Shown in pieces: positions 51,901 through 64,000 of a stretch of 64,000 nt of DNA. The position numbers were made by a program, and so were the translations under genes. This stretch comes from Chrysomallon squamiferum (lineage: Eukaryota > Animalia > Mollusca): the NCBI GenBank assembly GCA_012295275.1, contig CM022673.1:2728001-2792000 (forward strand), read 5' to 3'. Position 1 is the stretch's first letter. Every line of letters begins with the position of its first letter. The notes below the pieces were generated by a model. That model was not told the origin of the DNA and did no database searches. It was given only the letters and a program-made list of their open reading frames with translations.

Positions 51901-52919
51901 AATCAAACACTGAATATATAAAGAGCCAGCAATGCAGATTGTTGATTGGCGAAAAGGATTTTGTGAGTGTCAAAATGACAGAATGAGTGAGAAACCAAGA
52001 ATTAATTTATTCAACACAAAATCTTTGTTAATAATAAAGTAATTTGATTTAGGTATAATATCATTTTATTTCACTTAAGCTGAATTTTATTTATTTTTAA
52101 TATGAGAGAGATAGAGACAGATAAGTAGAAACCCATAACAAATATATCTGTAAGTTGCTAACAGTTTGTTATTTTAATATTTTCTCTTACTTATTTTCAG
52201 CATATTTTTCTGCCAGTCTCAACTGTTTCATCCATGTTCTCATGTATATTTACTACCTGCTGTCAGCGTTTGGGCCGAGGATGCAGAAATATCTGTGGTG
52301 GAAGAAGTACATGACAACTCTACAGCTGGTTAGTACAGTGAAAGAAACCAATATTTGTTTAAATAGATCTTTTAGGTATCAGATGTGCTGTGTTTTGCTG
52401 CTGTTCTTTTTATATTTGACTTATGAGGGCACAACCATTTTTGCAAACATTTGCATATAGGCATGGACACAAAAAATACACAGAAAATATTTAGAAAAGA
52501 ATTTTACTCATACACAAACATTCATACATGCTTTGTTCACTAACATAATCAGTAGAAAAGATATTTTTAAAAAAAGTAGCTTTCACATATGCACAAACAT
52601 GTATGCATGATTACAAATTCAGATTGGGAAGAAAATATTACAAAAATGGACATTAATAAAATTTGCTTTGTTTTTTATTTCAGATTCAGTTTTGGGCCAT
52701 TCTCCTCCATACCAGCCAGGCCATGTACATCAGCTGTGGATTCCCCATCGGCTACGGCTATGCTCTTATCAGCTACATGATCTCTCACATCATCCTGTTC
52801 TCCAACTTCTACTACCAGACGTACCACAAGAAAAACACCTGGCAAAGAAAACTGACAGCATTTCCAATGGTGTTGCTAATGGTTACGACTTTCATAAAGT
52901 GACCTCTAAACAAGAGTAG
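48924..52919 (+). CDS. Second ELOVL family fatty acid elongase (ELOVL4/7/8-like); probable 1-nt deletion near the C-terminus
   Basis: Exons: 48924-48969, 49475-49662, 50384-50467, 50939-50995, 51441-51555, 52201-52328, 52684-52902/52919. Motifs: [98 protein letters not shown]. Confidence 0.9.
50515..50670. repeat. ~37-bp tandem repeat x4 in an intron of the plus-strand ELOVL
   Basis: Unit TTTAACTTCATAACTAAAATTTAGTAAATGTAATCTG, with alternating TAGTAAAT/TGATAAAT variants. Confidence 0.85.
51148..51293 (-). repeat. Dispersed repeat, right arm of an inverted pair with 48532-48639
   Basis: Reverse complement reads TAGTGATAACACTAGCAGTCCACTCTCCTGGCTGCCTCAGTATTATAGTCATG...(extra ~37 nt)...TGCCTGGACATGTTAATGTAATCTTATATTTTCAAAA. 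Confidence 0.85.
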
Positions 52920-54479
52920 TTCTCTATTAAAGGTTTTTGTTTTGTATCAGTTGTGACATATATATATTTTTATTTTTAAAAATGAAAAAAAGAAGAGAAT
53001 TTATATATGCAAGGCTATAGTAATAATAATAGTAACAACAACATTAAAGCCAAAAAGTTGTTGAATTAGGTGAAATATAACAAAGAGCTGAATATTTGAT
53101 GAAAATCTTACAGTAATTTTATAGTGGTTAAACTTTTTATTTAAAAAAGAAAAAGAAAACAAAATTAATTTGACAGCTTAGTAAATATCGAAGATGTTCA
53201 TGGTTATGGTTAATCTTTTCCTTCTAAAAACAATAAGGTTATGAAAGAAATGTTAAAATGATTACATTGGAAACCTTTCCATGTTTTTATAGGAATAGTT
53301 TTCATTAAATAATGAACATACCAAAAATTATTATCTGTCTCTTATAATCCATTTTAATATTGTTACAAATACTGATATGTAATCTTTATTACATTTTTTT
53401 ATTTTAAAAATTAAGAATGACTGTTATTATTTTTATTATTTTTATTATTTTTTTAAATTTATTTATTATTTTATTATTATTTATTTATTTATTTATATAT
53501 TTATTATTTATTATTTTTTTGTAGTAAATTGTTAATAACTATTTTATTTTTCTTTATCTTTAAAAAGAGTTAATATATACATTTGTCAGCAATATTCTCA
53601 TGATACATTGTAATTTTCATTAATCACCTTTTGTTCTGTATGTCTGTGGGCTTTATTTTAATACTCCGGTTTACTGGGTATTTGTAAAAATTAAATGTAC
53701 ATAGTGCATAATATGATCTCTTAGGTCATTAAATTGTACGTATTTTTTTCTTTTTACCTTTGGTAATTATACTTTGTTTCTGTGTTAGACTTTCACCTTT
53801 ATGGGCATCTGTATTGACATAAATAACATTCTGAAATTTATTTTAAATTTTAAAGATATTCCTTTATTTTTAAAACATTTTATATTTATTATTATTATTT
53901 TTATTGTTTTATTTGATTTTAATACAAATTTTCACATCTGTTTTCAAAAATACGATAATTGGTTTTGCACCTCTTGGAACAATTTGTCACATTTTTATGT
54001 AAATTTATGATTTACTGGTATGATTTCTAGTGTTTATATTAACAATTCAAAAATATGTCACATTTTTTTTTAACATGTTTGTGTTTTTTAGTGTTTCACT
54101 TGTTATCACGACAGAGTACATTCTGACTACCAATGTGTACTTGCTGGTACCTATTTCATTAAAGAGTTACCTGTAGTGCAGAATAACAATTTTAATGTTG
54201 AGATACCTGTTTGCCTCAAAATATGCAGGGATTAATACATTATGCACGTGAATTTTACATTTTGTACCTTTCTGTACTGCTGTTTACTTTATTTAAATTT
54301 TATTTATTTTGTCTTTCTGTGATCCAAACATTCCGTCCATTGTTTTTATAATTTTATGTCTTTGTTTTGTTTGTTGTACTTACACCTTTTATAGCACAAA
54401 GTTAGTAATTTACTGTATATTAAGTTTTAAATTATGTCTGTATTAATTTACATAGAAAATATGTTCAATTATTTTAATT

Positions 54480-54521
<42 letters not shown>

Positions 54522-56197
54522 TTTTTTTTTTAATTTATCTGCTATACTGTTACATTCAGTGAGCCTGTCTTGTTATATTTTTTATTTTTTTTAGTCTTTT
54601 CAGAAAGATATATTATACAGAATATTGTTTTGTATTTTTTCAAGTTTTTTTTTGTTACACTTTACTTTGAGAACTATCGCCATTTATTTATTAATTTTCA
54701 AAATTTGTATTATTTATTTATTTATTTATAAATTAATTTGATCTTGTTTAATTATAAATCATATTATTTTAACTGTCAATACATATCACACCCACAACGA
54801 ATCGAAATATCTCACATTTGTTTTGATATCTTTATTGTTTAGATTTGTTTCTTATATGTGCATAATCTTAATATATTCTTTAAAATTTAATTTTTGGACA
54901 TGTTATCTGCAATATTGAATTTACCAGTGATTCCTATATTTAAGAAGTTTTCTTCACTTTATATATTTTTTTTCCTTTCTAAACAATTTGCAAAATTATT
55001 AGAAAGACTAGAAATGTAATTTTTTTTAAATGTTTGTTTACATTTTAAAGTAAATAGAATATATATATATGTATATATATATATTTACTAGTTACAAACT
55101 TACTTAAAAGGAAACTTACATTGTTTATATACATAAGTAAGAAACAAAAAACCAGTTTCAGACATAATTTGTGTAAAATTTACCTTTTACTACTATTTTC
55201 ACAGTACATACGTTCTTCAGCATCTGCAACACAGTTAATTTAATCACTGATATTTATTTATAGGTGGTGTTTACTTTTTAAATTTCACTATGACAATCTT
55301 GGATTTAATTGCACTTATCTGCTTGATCAAATATTAAACAGGTTTTAAAACAACAAAAACTATATATCTTTAACGATAGTATCAGAGTGTGCATTTTTGC
55401 AGCTTTGATAGAACTTCTAGGGTAAAAACAAAAAAACAAAAAAATTCTGCAATGATAATATATGTTTTTTGCTGAACCATAAAATTAAAAAATTAAAATA
55501 ATTATAGTAACAACTTATTGCAATAGATAGAAAAAGAATAATAAAATGGCATTTATTTTACAATATACTCTCAAAAAACAACCAAATTTAATGTTTCAAA
55601 TTAAATTCAGTATTATTTACAAACTGCTTGTAAGACTAATCTGCCAAATTATTTATCCCATGTGTCATTAATTTTACTGTTGGTATTGTTGAATATAAAT
55701 GAAGTCAGCCATTTAGTGGTTTAGAAACAAATGTTTAATTGTTTCCCAGTTTATTTTTATTTCTTTGATTTTGTAGGATTGTAAAACCTTCTTTTGTACT
55801 ACCTTACAAGGTATGAAATTTTTATAAAAATCTAGTACAATCAATCTGATGGGTTAATAATTACTGTGATCTGAAAACTTTAATGAAAGAAAAATTAATT
55901 AAAAAAACGTATGGGTCATAATGTAATACATTTTGATGTAATCGACTGTCAGGTCAGATCCAGAGGGGTGATTTGGTGAATTTTCCATCTGGGTCCACTC
56001 AGAATGTTTAATCCACGACAATCACATTTTCGTCAGAAACAATTCTGACACTGTATTTATTCAAAAAGAGTACACGGTGAGTTACATTTGAATATTCAGA
56101 TTAGATCTAAAATTGGGCATCCACCCATCTTATCAATAATGCATTTCATTCAAACAGTATTGATGTAATATATAATACATAAAATTATATAATATCC

Positions 56198-56248
<51 letters not shown>

Positions 56249-56518
56249 GATGTTGTTTTTAAATGTCAGATAAACAACATCAGGGTAATTTTATTTTATA
56301 TTTTGTATTTTATCCTGCATTTTTTTTCTTCTTGTTTTCAATTTTGTTTTATATGAAATTAGGTTTAGTTACTTGAAGTCATTTTTATTGGCAGTCACAA
56401 ATAAATTAGTTAAATTATTTATATTTATACATTTTAAAAACATTATGTTTACACTACAATACTATTACGAGTTCATTGAATCATATCCTCTTTAACCTTG
56501 TACATAATGATATACTAG

Positions 56519-56561
<43 letters not shown>

Positions 56562-59500
56562 TGCTTCTAAATAGCATTTACACCTCCACTATACAATTCA
56601 TAGTATCTACAAATATTTGAATGTTCACTTACAATTCTTATATCCACTGTGATATAGCTCAAGTTACAGTATTGGTTGTAAAATGACAACTAATATATTT
56701 TGTGGTTATACACACTGTGCAAAATGCCTGAATAATAAATGCATGCTTTACCAGTACCAGTTTGCATCTAGCTGAGAAATGACTTTAACCAATTATTTTA
56801 CAAAAAAAAAACTACTAAAAGTTTAATTTTGTTCTCTAAACTGTGTACATTAGTTTTCTGATATACATGAATATCAGGCAGGGTAATTTTATTTAATTTT
56901 AAGAAGAATCCATTTTTTTTTCAATAATTTTGAAGGATCTTTTACACAGTCCCATTAACAGTAACAGAAAACCACATACTGATATAAGCCAGTCTTAAGA
57001 CATCAGTTGGAATGGGAAATGACAAAGATTGTACCAAGAGGTAATCAGCTGGATAAAGATTAAATTCTGTTAATAGAACCCATCTCAAAGATCCTGTTTA
57101 CAAAAGACATAATTTCATTACCTTAATGTAGCCTCCTGTACATTTGACTTAATAAGTTGATAACAGTTCCTTTTTTAATGAAGTTTTAAGAATTTGTTTT
57201 ATAAAATAAAGTTCTGTTTTAAGTGTGCTCTTGTTGTCTGTTATATTTTGTTTCCATTAAAGATTTCAGTAAAGTTTGCTTGAACAAGTTGATCAGTATT
57301 GATCAGCCATCTCTAAGCTGGTTCCATCACTTATCTAGCACAGACTCTGGCTGGGTTACTGCATGAACTTAACACTAATCTTTAAAATGACACTTCTTGT
57401 TGAATACTGTTGCAAACATAGGCAAGTCATTCCAGTTTTTCTCCACTTATTTTTATAACCTAATATTTTTCAATGAACAAAGGAAGTGCCTCATCTAAAG
57501 CACGAACAATGCACATTGTCTGTAATAGATCAGTTTTATCTTGTGAAAAAAACCCTTGATAGTGGTATTTCAAAGGTAGGATGAGACAGTTAGTTGTTAA
57601 ATTAAGTGTATTTGAACCTAACCATTCTGTTATCTGGTATTCTGAAGGTCCTGGTGATGCTGGATTAGTGATATTTGACCTATAAACATATGTCTACAAA
57701 CATGCATACAGAACACACACATTTATTATTATTTTTTAATCCAATACTGATATAAAAATTATTTAGAGTACCCTTTCTGGAACAAGGAAAATATTAACAT
57801 TTTTCTCTGGCATCTTTATTATGCGACCAAGATAAATATCCTTGAACCTGTCTGTGATTGGATAGAAGCATGATTAAAATGTCTGGTTTGCTTTTCTTTA
57901 AAAAAAAGATAATGAGGTAATGACAGTCATGTTCTACCACAATCAACTGAAGGACACGTATCAACAATGTGAGAGGATAGATATGAGTAATTCATGAAAA
58001 GTAAATTATTATTCCATCCCTACAATGGGTTACTGAAAGATTCGAGTTCCTTTACCAAATTATATCATTTAACATGTTTTGAGCATGTATATTCTGCATT
58101 TGTTTTTAAGTTTAATTTTTTTTTTAACTGTCCAAATTTAATTAGTGACACATACAAAAAGAAATAATTAAAAACCTTTGGGCCATGTCATTTTTGGCAT
58201 ATACAATATAATCATGCACAGGATTGCTCGATTCCTTCCAAAGTTTGACGGGAAAATATGAAAAAATAAAAAGACCCCAAAATTGCATAAGCCATGACAC
58301 TGCATGCTTCATAGGCAAATTGTAGCAAGATTATTATTTTATTATCAAACTTTGTTTTTAATAATGACATGTCACCAAAAAACAAAACTAAAATAATAAA
58401 CAGAAGTATAATGGCTAGACTTCATCCATGCTGCCACAGGTACACCTTAATCTGGTGTCATAACAGGTTTCATTTCATTATTAGATGCAGAGAGTGATCT
58501 GTTATAAACACTTTCTCACACACAGGACAATAAGGGCCTTTGATAAACCAGTTACAGGTGAGGAAATAAATCTACTGTCATACCAAGCAGACCAGATGTA
58601 TTGTGTCATAAAAATACCAACAAGTCATATCCAAATTATAAACAAATATATATGTATGTATAAACAATAAAAAATTGAAAAAAAGACAAATACATTGTAG
58701 TTTAGGTAAAACAATTTAATAATAATTGCCAATAACTGTTTAGGGAAATTTTGGCAATTTCAAAAATACATTTCAAGTCATGATGGCAAGCACAGCTGTA
58801 CATTATTTAACAATATTACATACAAGCATTATGTACACTGGCTACATACATATATACAATTTTATTTGTACAATCTAAATACAACTAAATACAATTTTCT
58901 AATGCATCACAACTAAAAATTTGCAACAGCGATATGCAATTTTAAATATTTGATTAATGTAACCAGCAAATGAGGTATTTCTGTTTGTTTACATTATACA
59001 TTTTTTAAATTATATAATTATGTTCTATTCAATATACAATTCAACTGACTGTAAATTTTAAGTTGTGCAGCCTTCAAAAACAACTGAAGTCGTGTGGCCT
59101 GTTTAGATAAGATATTTCTCAAATGATCACATAATAATGTGACTGTTTAAAAAGAATATAAATGAACCACTGAACTCACATGTACTGTGTTTAATATTAT
59201 TCTAAATTTATTCAGTTATTACACTAACCATAAGTTTATTTTTAAAATTTCATTTTTATATAGATCTACAATATGTAGTGAAACTTTATAAGCTTCAACT
59301 CTTCACATTTTGAAATAGAAGAAAAAACCAAATCAGAATCTAAATTTGCAATCGATTTAGAAACCTGACAGTTTGTAAATATTTATCTTTAAATCTGTGC
59401 CCTTTAAAAATTAAAATTTTTCACATTACAATTATGTCTTGCTTTCCTTTAGTAAATTTAATGTTTATACTTTTCTGTTTAAAACAATCTACAGTTGCTG

Positions 59501-61640
59501 AAGTATTCATTGACATAATTTAAAATATAATTTACAGCCGTAATCTTAATCCTTCCAGTGACTGTAATATTGTTGTGAATGTACCTGTGGATGTATTTAA
59601 TGTTAGAGGAAGTTCTTTTGATCACTGCTTCCTCCTCATTATATTTCACAAATAACTGTTTAATATTTGTGTAAAGAGAATGGGTTGAGGTATTTTGTTA
59701 AAACAATCAAACTGATGTAATATCATGACAAATGTAATTATTGTGAAAGATTTGATCTCACCGACATGCTACTAGCAAAACAATCTGGAATCATTACCTT
59801 TCTCAGAATTTCCATCTTCACCTGATTTCTATAAATAATTTTGAATATTTTATGTAATTTCATTTGTTTTGTTGACATGATTAAGTATATAATGGACGCA
59901 AAAAAACAACAACCTGAATGTCTAAATTTTAATGGTATTAAAAAATAAAAAGCATGCAAGCTATTGAACTTAATTTTAAAATGTTAAAAAAAATCTGATA
60001 AAGCAATCAACTATTTATATATTTTTACCATCATTATGTTTTGTCACAATTTCATTACATTTTTTAAACATGATAGACCAATAAGAAATCAAACCTTAAT
60101 GTAAAAAGATAAGAAAAAAAGAACAGAAAGGAAGTTAATAAGAAAGGAGAGACAAAATAAACAAAAAATAATAATAAAATAAAGGAATGAAGGGAAAGAA
60201 TTATAGTTACAATTTATTTAACTGTTTCAAAATGGTCATTTTCAATGTATGACACAAAGTATATTACAATTTACACATGTAAACATACACAAACTTTAAT
60301 GTGTGTCTGGTAAATTCATTCATAAAAATAAATAAATAAAGAGGTAATTAAATTTAAAATACAAAAATTTAGACATTTCATACTGAATCTTATTTCATAT
60401 CTGAAGGATAAAAGCAAACTGTAAGTACAAATCATAATTAACTTCAGTAAAAAAAATTTCAGGTAACTTGTTCCAGTGTAGGATTTAGGTTTCAATAGGG
60501 TGACACTAAAAGCCTTATATAACCATTAACAAGCATGATAAAATATTAAATACTTTAATAGTTTAAAAAAAAAAAAAAAAAAAAAAAAATAATAATTTAT
60601 TATTCAACTGTGAGAGATAAAAGAAAAATATACAATGATCATAATTTTGTTGCTAGCACCTTACATGACAGATACAACACATCTAAGGTATTTACTCTTT
60701 GTGTATACTTTTATCCTATCAGAAAGCTCACAGCGTCACAACACTGAAAATGTAAATATTAATTTTATTTACTTCTACCATAATTACAAGACACAGAATT
60801 TTTTTTTTTTTTTTTTTAAAAACATTGTATTATGCATTATGAAATTTAAAGAATATTTTTTTATTAATTTTTTTATTCTGCATTGGCTGCAGTGTTGTCT
60901 GGTACAAGGAAGACATTGTTTTAATGTCCAGTTTTTCTTAAGAAGCTGAACGACTGTTTATCTGATGTCGGTCCAAAAAAACAACAACCCAACAACAAAA
61001 AGAGTTATGATCCAAAATTTCATTATTAATAATAAAATAATTTAATTAATTAGATTTCAAAATTTTTTCATTTTATTTCTAAACTGATTTACAGATTCAA
61101 AAAGTGATAATAAACCAGCAAAAATTATTGTTTCTATTTATGTATTTTTATTATTATTATTATACATTTTTTTTTAAATCTGCAATAGATAAAAATATAG
61201 TGTGTTAGTTTCAGAAATAATGAATATGTGAATGTTGCTAACATCATTTCAGGATAAAAATTCATTATAATTATGTATCAGAGGTAAGCAAGTTTCAGAT
61301 GGGTTTTCATACTGAATATTATGCTACATAACAATTATTTGCATGACAAAAAAAAAAAAAAAAAAAAAAATATGTAATAATAAAAATATAGAGAAGTAAA
61401 AAAGAAGAAAATAAATACAATTTCAATATTTTAGTAAAATGAAACTGTTCTAAAGATCACATATTTTATAATGGTGGTTTCTGAAACATAGAATGTACAG
61501 CAATAAAAACATTACAACCATTAATTCCATGATTTTAAATGTCAGAAAAAGTTGAGTAGTAACTCCTGTAGCACAGAGAATATATCATAAATGATTGTAC
61601 ATTCCATTATCTGATGAATTTGTTAAACTGAGAACACATT

Positions 61641-63315
61641 TTAACAGAATGGTGATGCTGTTGGATCTATAGATTTAAACAAGTCTTTTAGTGGTGGTTC
61701 CTGTAGCATTTGTGATGGTTGTTCTACCTGTGGGGGTGCCATCATATTGGGCAAATTGAACCCATCACTTTGTTCTGCAGACACATTCTGTTCTCCACTT
61801 GTCCCTGAGGGATCAGCATTTAGCCCTGTCCCTCCAGAATTGTCATTTTCATTTGGTTTTGTCCTACGAGGCGGATTTGTCGATGGTCTGTTGTAACTGT
61901 TATATCCAGAGGGAGATTCTGAACTGGTTTCGTTCATACCTAATGGAGAACTATATTCCATGCTACTTTTTCTCTGCCCTGTAAAACGTTTTTCTGCCAC
62001 TTCTGTTGAAGCAGGCTTTCTCTTGAATTTAGGATTGTTACGATGATCGTATTTTTTCTGTTCATTTGGCTGGCCATCTTTTGGATCTTGAAGAGAATCA
62101 GATGTTAGAGGGGAATTATCTGTCACTGTGTTGTCAGAGTCTTCAACTGAATGTGGCTCAGATGACTGTTTGGGACAAGCCTGCACTGAACTCACAGGCT
62201 GTGATATTTTGGGGCTGTTATCAAATCGTGGATCACTGGATGGTTTTGAATCTCTACCTGATCTTACATCAAACAATTTTTGTTCTGTTGGTCCAGTAAC
62301 ATCTGGTGACCATGGATCACACAACGGTTTGGAATCATTTTTAAACGTAGTTTCTGCCATCATTCTGACATTGCTGTGAAATCGTGAAATGTTCATTAAC
62401 TGTAAACCACCTGATACTGGAGGAAAACCAGAGACAGAACCGTCCTGAATGTTTGGTCTGTTGAACATGTGAGAATTTGGCGGCTGGATCAGAGGCACTG
62501 GACTCAGATTTTTCTGAAACCGCCTCGGATCTATATTGCGAATTTGAAGGTTCATTAATGCAGGAATCTGCAAGCGCTGCAGATTTGGATCAATGATCCT
62601 AGCATTCAGAGAATTATTTGGTGGAAGAAACTGATCAGGAACTGATCGCTGCACCAAGGTAGGTGGGACATCGCTGCTAACAGCAGGAACTTTGTCATCT
62701 CCAGACTCAGGCTTTCTAAGCCTTGGATCTTTCATTTTCAGTTGAGCTTTATCTTTTTCATCCATACATGTCTGTCTTGCCTTTCTGGGATCCAGAGACT
62801 TTGTAACAGAATCACTTTCACCATTTAACTGACTTTTAGTCACAGACTTTTTGCCACCTGTCCTTGCAATGTATTTTTGAACTCTAGGGTCCGATTTGAA
62901 CTGAGAATCCCATGGATCAACATTGAAAGGTATTGTATAATATGGTTTTTGTTGATTCACATCAACTGAATGCAAGCGATATGTCATGGATAACATTACT
63001 GCATTGGTTACAGGTGGGTCAACATGAAGAGGTGGTAATCGGAATTCTGGGAACTGGCCACAGGCCAAACCTGGTATGCCTCCAGTTTCTGGTCTGTCTT
63101 TTGACGCCTGAGCTTTTCTTGGATCTGGTCGAGAACCTCTCTGTCTGGGATCCCGTGTATCTCTGCCAGCATTTCGAGAACTGATATGAAAATAAAACAT
63201 AAGCAATAAATCTTTTTGGCTTTTTTATAATTTAAACTTCAGAAAACCATCATCTTTATTATTACAACTGTTATTACTGGAAAATCAAAATATAGAAGAA
63301 ATTAACTTTCTAATG

Positions 63316-63346
<31 letters not shown>

Positions 63347-63917
63347 CAAACATATTTTGAAGAGATATGTTATTATGCATTTGTGAAGACTTGTGCAGAC
63401 ACTGCAATAGTTAAACATTTCCAATAAAATTAATTGTCAAAATAAACACTGCGATGCAAAGATATAATATGAACTCAACATAAAGCATACATTTTAACAT
63501 TACAACACTAATATGTATATTGTAGTAGCTGTTTTATCCATGTTTTATAAAAAATATGCAAATATGAACAAACAAAAAAAAAAAACCCCACATACTACAG
63601 CATTTGTGCAAAATCGTCAATTACATTAAAAAAATAAAAAAAAATAAAATAAAATAAAAATAAGTAAAATTCCTGCATGGATAATATACCTATTGAAAGA
63701 CAGTAATTATAAAAAAAAAATTAAAAAATAATAATGGTAACAATATATTAAAATATTTAACAGCATTTGTTTTTTTTGCTCACCCTGAAGCAGACTGTGA
63801 ACTATTATCCCCTGCTGTGGCCTGGTTTTTTATCGACTGAATCATCTGCATGATGTTAAAAGTTGAACCTGTTGCTGTTTTTGCTGCTTGAGGTGATTCA
63901 GGAGTTGTATGAACTGG
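61641..63917 (-). CDS. ZC3H4: Zinc finger CCCH domain-containing protein 4/6-like (Restrictor / Su(s) family), last two coding exons; gene extends beyond the window
   Basis: Exon 63917-63784 (phase 2) joins exon 63180-61641. Many DPR motifs (RDPR, PDPR, SDPR, LDPR, KDPR, IDPR) and the terminal LKDLFKSIDPTASPFC match the characteristic ZC3H4/ZC3H6 C-terminus. The zinc fingers are outside the window. Confidence 0.82.
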
Positions 63918-64000
63918 CTGAAATAACAAACATACATTTCACAAAATAGCTTTGATCAAAAGTATCCAATAGTAACTGACAAGATTTCAAATAACTGTTA

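Noticed and set aside
52828-52836. Programmed -1 ribosomal frameshift at G AAA AAC
   Set aside because: It is not a canonical X XXY YYZ heptamer and has no obvious downstream structure; a homopolymer error is simpler.
61799-63184. Plus-strand ORFs overlapping the ZC3H4-like exon
   Set aside because: They are antisense shadows of a long coding exon.

Overview
AT-rich, intron-rich animal genomic DNA. It is most consistent with a mollusc, probably a gastropod; this is inferred from intron-containing CBM-GH10 xylanases and the style of the repeats. I built seven spliced genes by hand from GT-AG boundaries and reading-frame continuity. In order: the 3' part of DNAI7/CASC1 (+); NDUFA9 (-); TXNL4A/Dim1 (+); two tandem 12-exon secreted CBM4_9/22-GH10 xylanase genes (+); an ELOVL4-type elongase (-) head-to-head with a second ELOVL (+); and the 3' end of ZC3H4/ZC3H6 (-). 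There is no CRISPR, rRNA or clear tRNA. The most notable observations are: (1) a duplicated, apparently mutually exclusive penultimate coding exon in ELOVL4, with only 33 nt between the copies; (2) in both xylanases, a 30-bp minisatellite made of copies of the last 3' splice site, each copy ending in an in-frame TAG; (3) a different +1 frameshift in each xylanase copy plus patchy gene conversion; (4) inverted intronic repeats bracketing four exons of the second ELOVL; (5) an AG|GTGAG dual splice site in front of the intronless Dim1 CDS. A probable homopolymer indel in the second ELOVL warns that some frameshifts may be assembly errors.
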